Positions 40,673-49,800 of a stretch of DNA of 64,000 nt are shown here, in pieces. The translations under genes were made by a program, and so were the position numbers. Every line of letters begins with the position of its first letter. Within the stretch, counting starts at the first letter, position 1. The notes below the pieces were generated by a model. The model had not been told where the DNA came from and did no database searches. It worked only from the letters and a program-made list of their open reading frames with translations. The DNA is taken from positions 310,001 to 374,000 of the IMG/VR virus record IMGVR_UViG_3300027749_002876; one strand, 5' to 3'.

Positions 40673-42463
40673 ATGACATATAAAAAACACTTTACCAGAG
40701 TTAATCAATCAGGACAAATGAGCCCATTAGGTGGCGGCAGTGTCACTGGTGCATGGAACGGACCCGGACAAAATGCTACTAACTATAGCAATCAAGATTT
40801 TGGTTATAAAAACTATGGAAGTCGACTACCAGAAGTATATACAGGTCACCCAAATCGTATTGAACGCTATAATCAATATGAAATGATGGATGTTGATGCT
40901 GAAATTAACGCATGTTTAGATATCATTAGTGAATTCAGTACTCAAAAGAATGAACATAATAAGACTCCATTCAGTTTAGAATGGCGTGAAGATCCTACTC
41001 CACATGAAGTAGAAATGTTAAAAACTCAACTACAGCAATGGTGTAAGTTGAATGAAATGGAAACACGTATCTTTAAAATCTTTAGAAATTGTTTAAAGTA
41101 CGGGGATCAAGTTTTTGTACGTGACCCAGAAAACTTTAAGTTATATTGGGTAGATATGACTAAGGTTATTAAAGTTATTGTAAATGAAAGTGAAGGTAAA
41201 AAACCTGAACAATATGTTATCAAAGACTTAAACATTAACTTAGAAAATCTAGTCGTAGCACAGAAAACAAACACAGACTTTGCCGCTAATCCAGCAACTG
41301 GTATGGGCGGTACAGGTGGCGGCGGAACCGGCGGTGGTGGAGGTTATACTGTTCCAAGTATGCCGTATAACACAACTGGATCAAGATTTAGTTTAGGATT
41401 TAACGAAGCCGCTATTGATAGTAAACATGTGGTACATTTAAGTTTAACAGAAGGACTAGATCGTTTTTGGCCATTTGGACAAAGTATTTTAGAGAATATC
41501 TTTAAAGTTTATAAGCAAAAAGAATTACTAGAAGACGCGGTTCTTATCTATCGTGTACAACGTGCACCAGAACGTAGAGTTTTTAAGATTGACGTTGGTA
41601 ATATGCCAAGTCATATGGCTATGGCTTTTGTTGAACGTATTAAGAATGAGATTCATCAAAGACGTATTCCAAGTACGCATGGTGGCGGTAGTATGGTTGA
41701 TGCATCATATAATCCATTAAGTATGAACGAAGATTACTTCTTCCCGGTAACCGCTGATGGTAGAGGATCTAGTGTTGATTTATTACCCGGTGGACAAAAT
41801 TTGGGTGAAATTGATGACTTGCGTTACTTTAATAACAGATTAGCACGTGGACTACGTGTTCCAAGTAGTTATTTACCTACTGGTCCTGATGATAATGTTA
41901 CTCCTATGAGTGATGGTCGTGTTGGTACAGCAATGATTCAAGAATTTCGTTTCAATCAATATTGCGAACGATTACAGAACTACATGGTTAGAAAACTTGA
42001 TGAAGAATTCAAGCTATTCTTACGTTGGAGAGGACTGAATATTGACAGTGGACTATTTAATTTAACATTTAATCCACCACAAAACTTTGCAGCCTATCGT
42101 CAAAGTGAGTTAGATACCGCACGTATGAGTTCATTTACAGCAATTGAAGCTTACCCATATATGAGTAAACGTTTTGCTATGGAACGATTCTTAGGACTAA
42201 CTGAAGAAGAAATTAATAAGAATGAGAAAATGTGGCGTGAGGAAAATGATAAAGAGATTGTAGTTGAGCCACAAGGTAATGATTTACGTAGTATTGGTGT
42301 ATCAGTGGGTGACATTGAAACTGATATACAAACTGGTGAAGAAGCTACTGCCGCAGAAGCACCGCCCGTTGATCAGGCATTAGATGCAGCCGGTCAAGTA
42401 CCAGTACCAGGACAAGCACAACCGGGACAAAATATGCCGGCTCCAGGTGGCACTGGCATGTAA
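40673..42463 (+). CDS. gp20: Portal protein gp20, 596 aa
   Basis: LEDAVLIYRVQRAPERRVFKIDVGNMP, EDYFFP...GRGSSVDLLPGGQNLGEIDDLRYF..RL.RGLRVP. Confidence 0.96.
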   Translation: MTYKKHFTRVNQSGQMSPLGGGSVTGAWNGPGQNATNYSNQDFGYKNYGSRLPEVYTGHPNRIERYNQYEMMDVDAEINACLDIISEFSTQKNEHNKTPFSLEWREDPTPHEVEMLKTQLQQWCKLNEMETRIFKIFRNCLKYGDQVFVRDPENFKLYWVDMTKVIKVIVNESEGKKPEQYVIKDLNINLENLVVAQKTNTDFAANPATGMGGTGGGGTGGGGGYTVPSMPYNTTGSRFSLGFNEAAIDSKHVVHLSLTEGLDRFWPFGQSILENIFKVYKQKELLEDAVLIYRVQRAPERRVFKIDVGNMPSHMAMAFVERIKNEIHQRRIPSTHGGGSMVDASYNPLSMNEDYFFPVTADGRGSSVDLLPGGQNLGEIDDLRYFNNRLARGLRVPSSYLPTGPDDNVTPMSDGRVGTAMIQEFRFNQYCERLQNYMVRKLDEEFKLFLRWRGLNIDSGLFNLTFNPPQNFAAYRQSELDTARMSSFTAIEAYPYMSKRFAMERFLGLTEEEINKNEKMWREENDKEIVVEPQGNDLRSIGVSVGDIETDIQTGEEATAAEAPPVDQALDAAGQVPVPGQAQPGQNMPAPGGTGM

Positions 42464-42492
42464 TTAGATAAATACATTATAGGAAATACCAA

Positions 42493-42717
42493 GTGAAATT
42501 ATTTGAAATGTTCGATGAGGCAGTTGCAGGTTATCAAGACGTTAGTGCTGATAACAGTCAACCAAAGTGGAAAGAAAGCCGTAAGACTAAACTAACATTG
42601 AAACAAATACGTAAACTACGTAAGATGAATGATGTACGTAACTATGAAAAAGTTAGCTATTTAAAAAAGATACATCAGCAATATGCACCAAAAGCAGAAG
42701 GTGCACCAACAGTTTAA
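42493..42717 (+). CDS. Small head-module protein, 74 aa (prohead core-like)
   Basis: GTG start with AGGA RBS; late promoter 42467-42474; position between portal and core genes; RKTKLTLKQIRKLRKMNDVR basic helix. Confidence 0.7.
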   Translation: MKLFEMFDEAVAGYQDVSADNSQPKWKESRKTKLTLKQIRKLRKMNDVRNYEKVSYLKKIHQQYAPKAEGAPTV

Positions 42718-42746
42718 TGAGTAGTTTAAACAAAAACGTTAAAAAT

Positions 42747-42771
42747 CAGCACATATTGTGCTGTTTTTTTT
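42747..42771 (+). terminator. Rho-independent terminator
   Basis: CAGCACA-TAT-TGTGCTG followed by T8. Confidence 0.8.
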
Positions 42772-42821
42772 GATACCCACTAAATAACTCTACAAAGCCA
42801 TTTTACATTCAGGAGACCACA

Positions 42822-43652
42822 ATGGACAACAAAAAATTTGAACAACTTATTGATTTGATTATCAATGAGAACGAAGAACAAGCACGTGCATTATTTCACG
42901 ATATCGTAGTTGAGAAAAGCCGCGAAATCTATGAAGATATGATGGACGATGAAATGGAAGAAGGCATGGGCGGTCAAGTCGGTCAAATGATGGACGAGAT
43001 TTCAGTCGAAGAACAAGGCATGGTAGAAGCTGAAGATGACGATTTAGATTTTGATTCTGATGAAGATGAAGTAATCGACATTGAAGATGGTGAAGATGAC
43101 ATGGATGGTGAAGAAAACCTAGAAGACCGTGTCGTTGACTTAGAAGATAAGTTAGACCAATTAATGGCTGAATTTGAAGAAATCATGGCTGGCGATGATG
43201 AAGAAGTCGATAGTGATGAATCTGACAGTGAGTTTGATGATGATGCTGAAGAAGCCGGCGCAGACTTAACACAAGATATGGAACAAGACCATGATGATAT
43301 GGACGAAGCAATGATGGAAGCTATTGCATTGAAGAAAGTTTCTGTAACTCATGGTGACAATGGTCAAAATACAAAAAGCACAAACTTAGCAAATAGCGGA
43401 CAAGCTGGTATGGATAGTAGACCAGTTAAGTTCAGTGGTGCTAGTGAGTCAGTTCCAACAGGACCAAAAGGCCCAAGTAATGCATATGCAAAAGGTGAAT
43501 CAAGTGTTAAAGGTGCAGGATCATTTAAGAATAGCCCAGCACAAAACAATGCAGACTTAGAAAAAGCACCAGCCCCGTCAAAGGGTGACAATGGTGTAAA
43601 TTCTAGAAGTCCAGTAGCAGAATCACGTAACTCTACAAAGCGTAGAGTATAA
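42822..43652 (+). CDS. Highly acidic prohead core/internal scaffold-like protein, 276 aa
   Basis: D/E-rich with a basic C-terminal tail; immediately upstream of the prohead protease as in T4-like head modules; AGGAG RBS. Confidence 0.65.
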   Translation: MDNKKFEQLIDLIINENEEQARALFHDIVVEKSREIYEDMMDDEMEEGMGGQVGQMMDEISVEEQGMVEAEDDDLDFDSDEDEVIDIEDGEDDMDGEENLEDRVVDLEDKLDQLMAEFEEIMAGDDEEVDSDESDSEFDDDAEEAGADLTQDMEQDHDDMDEAMMEAIALKKVSVTHGDNGQNTKSTNLANSGQAGMDSRPVKFSGASESVPTGPKGPSNAYAKGESSVKGAGSFKNSPAQNNADLEKAPAPSKGDNGVNSRSPVAESRNSTKRRV

Positions 43653-43667
43653 TAGGAATCTAAGAGA

Positions 43668-44312
43668 ATGGCTTTGTATCTCAAAGAGCACTTGACATTT
43701 GACCGCGCCGGAATGGTTGTGGAAAGTGTCAGTGAAGGTGACAAGAAGAACCTTTATATGAAGGGAATCTTCATTCAGGGTGGGGTAAAGAACGCTAATG
43801 AGCGTGTTTACCCTGTTTCTGAGATTGAAGCCGCAGTCGGAACTCTTAATGAACAAATTACAAGTGGTTACTCAGTATTAGGTGAAGTAGATCACCCAGA
43901 CGATTTAAAGATTAACTTAGACCGTGTATCACATATGATTACAAGCATGTGGATGGATGGTGCTAATGGATTCGGCAAATTAAAGATTTTACCAACTCCA
44001 ATGGGAGAACTTGTAACAACTATGTTACAAAGTGGTGTGAAACTCGGCGTATCAAGTCGTGGCAGCGGTAACGTTGACGACATGAACGGCAAAGTTAGTG
44101 ACTTTGAAATAGTCACTGTGGATATTGTTGCACAACCTAGCGCACCAAATGCTTATCCTAAAGCAATCTATGAAGGTATGATGAATATGCGTCATGGTCA
44201 TAAATTGTTGGATATTGCAAAGGACGCAAGAGGCGACAAGAAAGTAGAGAAGTACTTGAAAGAGGAAGTAATGCGCCTTATCAAGGATCTCAAAATTAAC
44301 AAAGGGGAATAA
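43668..44312 (+). CDS. gp21: Prohead protease gp21, 214 aa
   Basis: GIFIQGGVKNANERVYP, LGEVDHP, LGVSSRGSG and DIVAQPSAPNAY. Confidence 0.96.
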   Translation: MALYLKEHLTFDRAGMVVESVSEGDKKNLYMKGIFIQGGVKNANERVYPVSEIEAAVGTLNEQITSGYSVLGEVDHPDDLKINLDRVSHMITSMWMDGANGFGKLKILPTPMGELVTTMLQSGVKLGVSSRGSGNVDDMNGKVSDFEIVTVDIVAQPSAPNAYPKAIYEGMMNMRHGHKLLDIAKDARGDKKVEKYLKEEVMRLIKDLKINKGE

Positions 44313-44314
44313 GC

Positions 44315-45418
44315 ATGTTTGATGCTATCAAGCCATTACTTGACAGTGGACTTATCAATGAAGACACCGGTGCTCAGTTAAATGAAGCATGGGAAGCTAA
44401 GTTAGATGAAGCTCGCCAACAAGTTCGTGCAGAATTACACGAAGAATTCGCACAACGTTATGAACATGACAGAAGCGTGATGGTTGAAGCCCTTGACAAG
44501 ATGGTTACAGAAAGCCTATCAGAAGAAATTGAAGAATTTCACACTGAGAAGCAAGCAATGAACGAAGACCGTGTGAAAGCACAAATGAAACTACGTGAAA
44601 GTGCAACAAAATTCAATGATTTTATGGTTACTAAACTAGCCGAAGAAATCCGTGAACTACGTTCAGATCGTATGATTCAAAAAGAAAGTCAACAAAAGCT
44701 AGAGCAATTTATTGTTCATGCTTTAGCCCGTGAAATCAAAGAGTTCGCTCAAGATAAACAGGCTGTGGTTGAAGCTAAGGTTAAGTTAGTTGCAGAAGGT
44801 CGTCAACAATTAGAAAAACTTAAAGCACGTTTTGTTGCTGAAAGTGCTAAGAAGTTGTCTATCGCTGTAGCAGGACAGTTAAAGGGTGAATTAGGTCAGT
44901 TGAAAGAAGATATCAAAATTGCAAAAGAAAACAGTTTTGGTCGTAAGATTTTTGAAAGTTTTGCAGGTGAATTTTCAGTTACTCATTTAAATGATAAAGC
45001 TGAAACAAGAAAACTAATGCAAAAATTAGAAGATAAAGATCGTCAATTAGCTGAATCCATTACACAAATCAACAACAGTAAAAAGTTAGTTGAATCAAAA
45101 GAACGTGAAGTTCGTATTATCAAAGAGTCAAATATTCGTGAGAAGACTATGACTGAGTTACTTTCTACTCTTAACGAGGAAAAAGCAAAGGTAATGCAGG
45201 ACTTACTAGAAAGTGTGCAAACAGGTAAACTGCAAGCAACTTTCGATAAGTATCTACCAGCAGTACTAAACACTGGCGTTGTTAAAAAAGCTCAAAAAGC
45301 TAGTTTAACTGAGTCAAAGATGATTAGTGAAGTTACTGGGGATAAAGCTGCCAAACAAGAAGTTGATATGGAACAACGTGACAACGTTATAGATATCAAG
45401 CGTCTGGCAGGGCTTTAA
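44315..45418 (+). CDS. gp22: Prohead scaffold protein gp22, 367 aa
   Basis: Coiled coil, E/K-rich, between protease and capsid genes; GRKIFESF and C-terminal IKRLAGL. Confidence 0.85.
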   Translation: MFDAIKPLLDSGLINEDTGAQLNEAWEAKLDEARQQVRAELHEEFAQRYEHDRSVMVEALDKMVTESLSEEIEEFHTEKQAMNEDRVKAQMKLRESATKFNDFMVTKLAEEIRELRSDRMIQKESQQKLEQFIVHALAREIKEFAQDKQAVVEAKVKLVAEGRQQLEKLKARFVAESAKKLSIAVAGQLKGELGQLKEDIKIAKENSFGRKIFESFAGEFSVTHLNDKAETRKLMQKLEDKDRQLAESITQINNSKKLVESKEREVRIIKESNIREKTMTELLSTLNEEKAKVMQDLLESVQTGKLQATFDKYLPAVLNTGVVKKAQKASLTESKMISEVTGDKAAKQEVDMEQRDNVIDIKRLAGL

Positions 45419-45448
45419 ATCAAAGACATAAATTTAGGAGAAATATAA

Positions 45449-46651
45449 ATGTCAAAAGTTCTATTAGAAAGCCGTTGGGACGAGACCAAGGAAGCTCTGT
45501 TAGAAGGCTTAAAGGGCACTCGCCGCTCAACTATGGGTGTTATCTTAGAAAATACTAAGAAACAACTACTTGCTGAATCTTCAGTAGGTACAACTACAGC
45601 TGGTAACATCGCTACACTAAACCGTGTGATTCTTCCAGTTATTCGTCGTGTCATGCCAACCGTTATCGCTAACGAATTGGTAGGTGTACAACCAATGACA
45701 GGACCAGTTGGTCAAATTCACACACTACGTGTACGTTATGCAAATAGCTTAGTGGATAACAGTGCCGCTCAAACTAGCGTTACAGCTGGTCAAGAAGCAT
45801 TGAGTCCATTCACAATTGCTCAGGCATATTCACGTCAGCCAAGTGGCGCCGCTGGTGATACAGCAACAGGCTACACTGGTAACAACACTGCTGCCTTAGA
45901 AGGCAACGGTGGTCGTCAAATCAGCGTACAAATCTTACGTCAAGCTGTTGAAGCTAAGTCACGTAAGTTGCAAGCACGTTGGACATTTGAGGCAGCACAA
46001 GATGCACAGAGTCAACATGGTATTGACGTTGAAGCAGAAATCATGGCAGCATTAGCACAAGAAATTACTGCTGAAATTGACCAAGAGATTCTATTGTCGT
46101 TAGCGACATTGGCATCTACTGAGTACACATTCAACCAAGCTACTGTATCAGGTACAGCTACTTACGTTGGTGACGAACACGCTGCCTTAGCTGTTCTAAT
46201 CAACCGTGTTGCTAACTTGATCGCCCAACGTACACGTCGTGGCGCAGGTAACTGGGCTGTTGTATCTCCAGCAAGTTTGACAGTATTGCAATCTGCAACT
46301 ACTTCAGCGTTTGCTCGTACAACAGAAGGTACATTCGAAGCTCCAACTAACACTAAGTTCGTTGGTACATTGAACGGTGCTATGCGTGTATTCGTTAACA
46401 GTTATGCTCCTGATACACAACCTGTATTGGTTGGTTATAAAGGTTCAAGCGAAACTGATGCAGCCGCATTCTATTGCCCATACATTCCATTAATGAGCAG
46501 TGGAGTTGTATTGGATCCATCAACATTCGAACCAGTCGTATCATTTATGACAAGGTACGGATACATCGAATTAACGAATACGGCCAGCTCATTTGGTAAC
46601 GCTGCCGATTACGTTGGAGAAATTGCGGTTCAGAACCTTACGTTTCAGTGA
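45449..46651 (+). CDS. gp23: Major capsid protein gp23, 400 aa
   Basis: VIRRVMPTVIANELVGVQPMTGPVGQIHTLRVRY, VEAKSRKLQARWTFEAAQD, FYCPYIPL, FMTRYG. Confidence 0.98.
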   Translation: MSKVLLESRWDETKEALLEGLKGTRRSTMGVILENTKKQLLAESSVGTTTAGNIATLNRVILPVIRRVMPTVIANELVGVQPMTGPVGQIHTLRVRYANSLVDNSAAQTSVTAGQEALSPFTIAQAYSRQPSGAAGDTATGYTGNNTAALEGNGGRQISVQILRQAVEAKSRKLQARWTFEAAQDAQSQHGIDVEAEIMAALAQEITAEIDQEILLSLATLASTEYTFNQATVSGTATYVGDEHAALAVLINRVANLIAQRTRRGAGNWAVVSPASLTVLQSATTSAFARTTEGTFEAPTNTKFVGTLNGAMRVFVNSYAPDTQPVLVGYKGSSETDAAAFYCPYIPLMSSGVVLDPSTFEPVVSFMTRYGYIELTNTASSFGNAADYVGEIAVQNLTFQ

Positions 46652-46692
46652 AATTCACTACATTTTAATATCTTTACAGATATTATTAAATC

Positions 46693-46718
46693 AAAAGGGT
46701 GCTTTGGCACCCTTTTTT
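46693..46718 (+). terminator. Rho-independent terminator after the capsid gene
   Basis: AAAAGGGTGC-TTTG-GCACCCTTTTTT. Confidence 0.9.
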
Positions 46719-46719
46719 G

Positions 46720-46748
46720 TTGTCCTTTATTAAGTAATAGTATATAAT
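46720..46748 (+). promoter_or_regulatory. Sigma70-type promoter for the homing endonuclease gene
   Basis: TTGTCC-17 nt-TATAAT; a late-type AATAAATA (46763-46770) also precedes the ATG. Confidence 0.55.
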
Positions 46749-46775
46749 GAAACGCAGCCGATAATAAATAACTCT

Positions 46776-47756
46776 ATGAAACATTTTATATACAAGACAA
46801 CTCACACAAACGGAAAATACTACATAGGTAGACATAGCACTACTAACCTTGAAGATGGATATCTAGGTTCAGGAAAGTGGGTATCACAAATCAAAAAGAA
46901 GGATAAGTTAGTCCGAGAAATAGTTGAGTTTGTAGATTCATTTGAGGAACTAATAATAAAAGAAGATGAATATTTAGCAGAACATTACGGTAAACCTAAC
47001 TGTATGAATATGAGTAATAAAAGCACAGGCGCAGCCACTGGATTAGCTAATCCTATGACACGTGATGAAGTTAAATCAAAATTTCAAGGGGACAATCATT
47101 GGTCCCATAAGAATCCTGAAATGTTTGCAGAAAAACTAGCAGGAGATAATCATTGGATGAATAAAGATCCAGAACGAAAAGAAGATTTTATAAAAAACAA
47201 CCCCAACCTAGATGGTAGAAACGCAAAGGCAGCAATGAAAAACGGTAAACACAATAGTATCACTAACAATCCAAGTACTATCAACGCACTAAATGGTACT
47301 CATCATTGGCAGAATGGTAAAGCGCCAAACTATGAAGGTAAGCTAAACAAGAAGTTGATTGAAGAAGGTCGTCATAACTTTTTAGGACCAGACACAAATC
47401 AAAAACGAATAGATGAGGGAACACACAACTTTGTAGGTTCAGCCGCAAATCTAAAGATGTTAGCAGAAGGTAAACATCCATCACAACGAAAGATGACTTG
47501 TAGTTGTGGTAAGACTGTTAGTAGTAGTATGTATAAAAGATGGCACGGAGATAACTGTAAAATGAAAGTAATAAAAATGAATTCAAGACAATATGAAAAA
47601 ATGCGTAATGAACAACTACGAGAAACAATGGAGAAAGCAGGCATAACAGATTATACAAATGTATGTCTAAGTGCAGACCAACAAGAATATGAAGTTACAC
47701 TAAAAGATGGAACAGAAGTTATTATTCCTAGTGGATTACCCTATCATTATGATTGA
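46776..47756 (+). mobile_element. Free-standing GIY-YIG (Seg-like) homing endonuclease gene, 326 aa
   Basis: FIYKTT...KYYIGRH......YLGSG; repeated G-x-H-(N/H/P)-(F/W) DNA-binding-like units; terminal CSCGK...RWHGDNCK motif. Confidence 0.9.
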
Positions 47757-47800
47757 TTAGCATAAATACAATATCTCAACGGGATGGGAAGTTTACAATC

Positions 47801-47824
47801 AAGCACTATTCGTAGTGCTTTTTT
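47801..47824 (+). terminator. Rho-independent terminator with UUCG loop
   Basis: AAGCACTA-TTCG-TAGTGCTT-TTTT. Confidence 0.88.
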
Positions 47825-47868
47825 GTTATCTACATTATTTTGCTAAATACTTCAAAGGAAAACATACT

Positions 47869-48822
47869 ATGGAAATTACTGGTGGAATGACATTTTTAGG
47901 TGGTATGACGGTAACACAACAACCCCCACCCACAAATAAAGCTATTTTTGGATTTGGTGATACTGGGTCAGTAACAGCAATAACAAACCTAGTCAGCAAC
48001 ACTGGTGTAGTTGCTAATGATACAACAGGGGTTGGTACTGCTAGAAGCGGAGTAGCGGCCGCTGGTTATGGAACAGATAAAGCTATATTTGGTTATGGAT
48101 TAACCAGTATAAGTGTATCAATAACTAATCTTGTTTCTAACACAGGTGTGGTTGGTAATGATGTTACTGGAGTTGGTACTACTAGACAACAATTAGCAGC
48201 CGCAGGTTATGGCACTGATAAAGCTATATTTGGTTATGGTTATAATAATAGCAGTGGTGCTAAATCAACGACCAACTTAGTATCAAACACTGGTGTTGTT
48301 GCCACAGATACAACAGGTGTAGGTACTGCTAGATATGGAATAGCAGCATCCGGGTACGGTAGCTCCGGACAAGCAATATTTGGATATGGATATGCACCAG
48401 CACTCACACCAAGCTATACATCAATAACTAACCTAGTATCAAATACCGGTGTAGTAGCTACTGATACCACAGGTGTTGGTACTGTAAGACAATTTCCTGC
48501 TGCCGCAGGCTATGGCACAGATAAAGCTATATTTGGATATGGTCAAATTGGCAACCCGACCTACGCTTATGTATCGATGACTAATCTAGTCTCAAATACT
48601 GGTGTTGTTGCAACAGATACGACAGGTGTCGGCACGATTAGAACTGGGCTGGCAGCAGCCATATACGGTAGTTCTGGGCAAGCAATATTTGGATATGGTA
48701 CAAATGCTAGTAATCAATCAATAACCAACTTAGTAAGTAATACTGGTGTCGTTGCTACTGATACGACTGGGGTTGGCACTGCTAGAAGTTATCTTGCAGC
48801 CGCAAATTACGGACTAGCATAA
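47869..48822 (+). CDS. Six-bladed Kelch-like beta-propeller protein 1 (~317 aa)
   Basis: Six repeats of AIFGYG-loop-TNLVSNTGVVATDTTGVGTAR-xxx-AAxGYG. Start reassigned to ATG 47869 (AAGGA RBS, GCTAAATA promoter at 47842-47849). Confidence 0.8.
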   Translation: MEITGGMTFLGGMTVTQQPPPTNKAIFGFGDTGSVTAITNLVSNTGVVANDTTGVGTARSGVAAAGYGTDKAIFGYGLTSISVSITNLVSNTGVVGNDVTGVGTTRQQLAAAGYGTDKAIFGYGYNNSSGAKSTTNLVSNTGVVATDTTGVGTARYGIAASGYGSSGQAIFGYGYAPALTPSYTSITNLVSNTGVVATDTTGVGTVRQFPAAAGYGTDKAIFGYGQIGNPTYAYVSMTNLVSNTGVVATDTTGVGTIRTGLAAAIYGSSGQAIFGYGTNASNQSITNLVSNTGVVATDTTGVGTARSYLAAANYGLA

Positions 48823-48840
48823 AATAAAAGGAAATATATT

Positions 48841-49767
48841 ATGGACTTTACAGGTGGACTAACATTTACAGGTGGATTGAGTGTAACTCCTCAACCCCCG
48901 CCTTCAAGCAAGGCTATATTTGGATATGGTAATAACGATTCCGTTGATTTATCAATGACTAACTTAGTATCAAACACCGGTGTTGTTGCTACTGACACAA
49001 CGGGCGTTGGTACTGCAAGACAAAATTTATCGGCAACAACCTATGGTACTGATAAAGCTATTTTTGGTTATGGTGATGTTTCGGGTTCATACTCATCATT
49101 AACTAACCTAGTAAGTAATACCGGTGTTGTTGCTACTAATACTGCAGGTGTTGGCACTGCTAGAGGATATCGTTCGGCCGCAGTTTATGGTTCAAGTGGT
49201 CAAGCTATGTTTATTTATGGAGTTAATAATAACTCGATTAATTTGGTTAGTAACACAGGTGTGGTGTCTACAGACTCCGCAGGAGCAGGCTCTGGTAGAG
49301 CATCTACTTCAGCTGCCGGCTACGGCACAGACAAAGCTATTATTGGATTTGGATGGGACGGTAGTAGTGGTTATTTTTCAACAACCAATCTAGTATCAAA
49401 TACAGGTGTAGTAGCAGGTGATACTACCGGTGTAGCAACTGCTAGGGGATTTCTTTCAGCCGCAGGATATGGCACTGATAAAGCTATCTTTGGATATGGT
49501 CAAAGTAGTGGGTATTATTCAATAACTAACTTAGTAAGTAATACCGGTGTTATGGCTACTGACACTGCAGGAGTAGGTACTGCTAGAAGTAAGCTATCAG
49601 CCGCAATATATGACGTAGATAAAGCTATATTTGGATATGGTGATAAACCAGGTGGATTAACATCATTAACCAACAAAGTATCAAATACGGGCATTGTTGC
49701 TAGTGACACTACTGGAGTAGGCACTGCTAGAAAAGGATCGGCAGCGGCAGGTTACGGTTACGCATAA
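48841..49767 (+). CDS. Six-bladed Kelch-like beta-propeller protein 2 (308 aa)
   Basis: Six copies of the same repeat; MDFTGGLTFTGGLSVTPQPPP leader; AAGGA RBS. Confidence 0.8.
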   Translation: MDFTGGLTFTGGLSVTPQPPPSSKAIFGYGNNDSVDLSMTNLVSNTGVVATDTTGVGTARQNLSATTYGTDKAIFGYGDVSGSYSSLTNLVSNTGVVATNTAGVGTARGYRSAAVYGSSGQAMFIYGVNNNSINLVSNTGVVSTDSAGAGSGRASTSAAGYGTDKAIIGFGWDGSSGYFSTTNLVSNTGVVAGDTTGVATARGFLSAAGYGTDKAIFGYGQSSGYYSITNLVSNTGVMATDTAGVGTARSKLSAAIYDVDKAIFGYGDKPGGLTSLTNKVSNTGIVASDTTGVGTARKGSAAAGYGYA

Positions 49768-49800
49768 TCTAACAAACACAAAACAAAAGGATAATATATT

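Noticed and set aside
41300-41345. Poly-Gly insert in the portal (GMGGTGGGGTGGGGG)
   Set aside because: Probably an ordinary flexible loop with nothing suggesting a distinct function.
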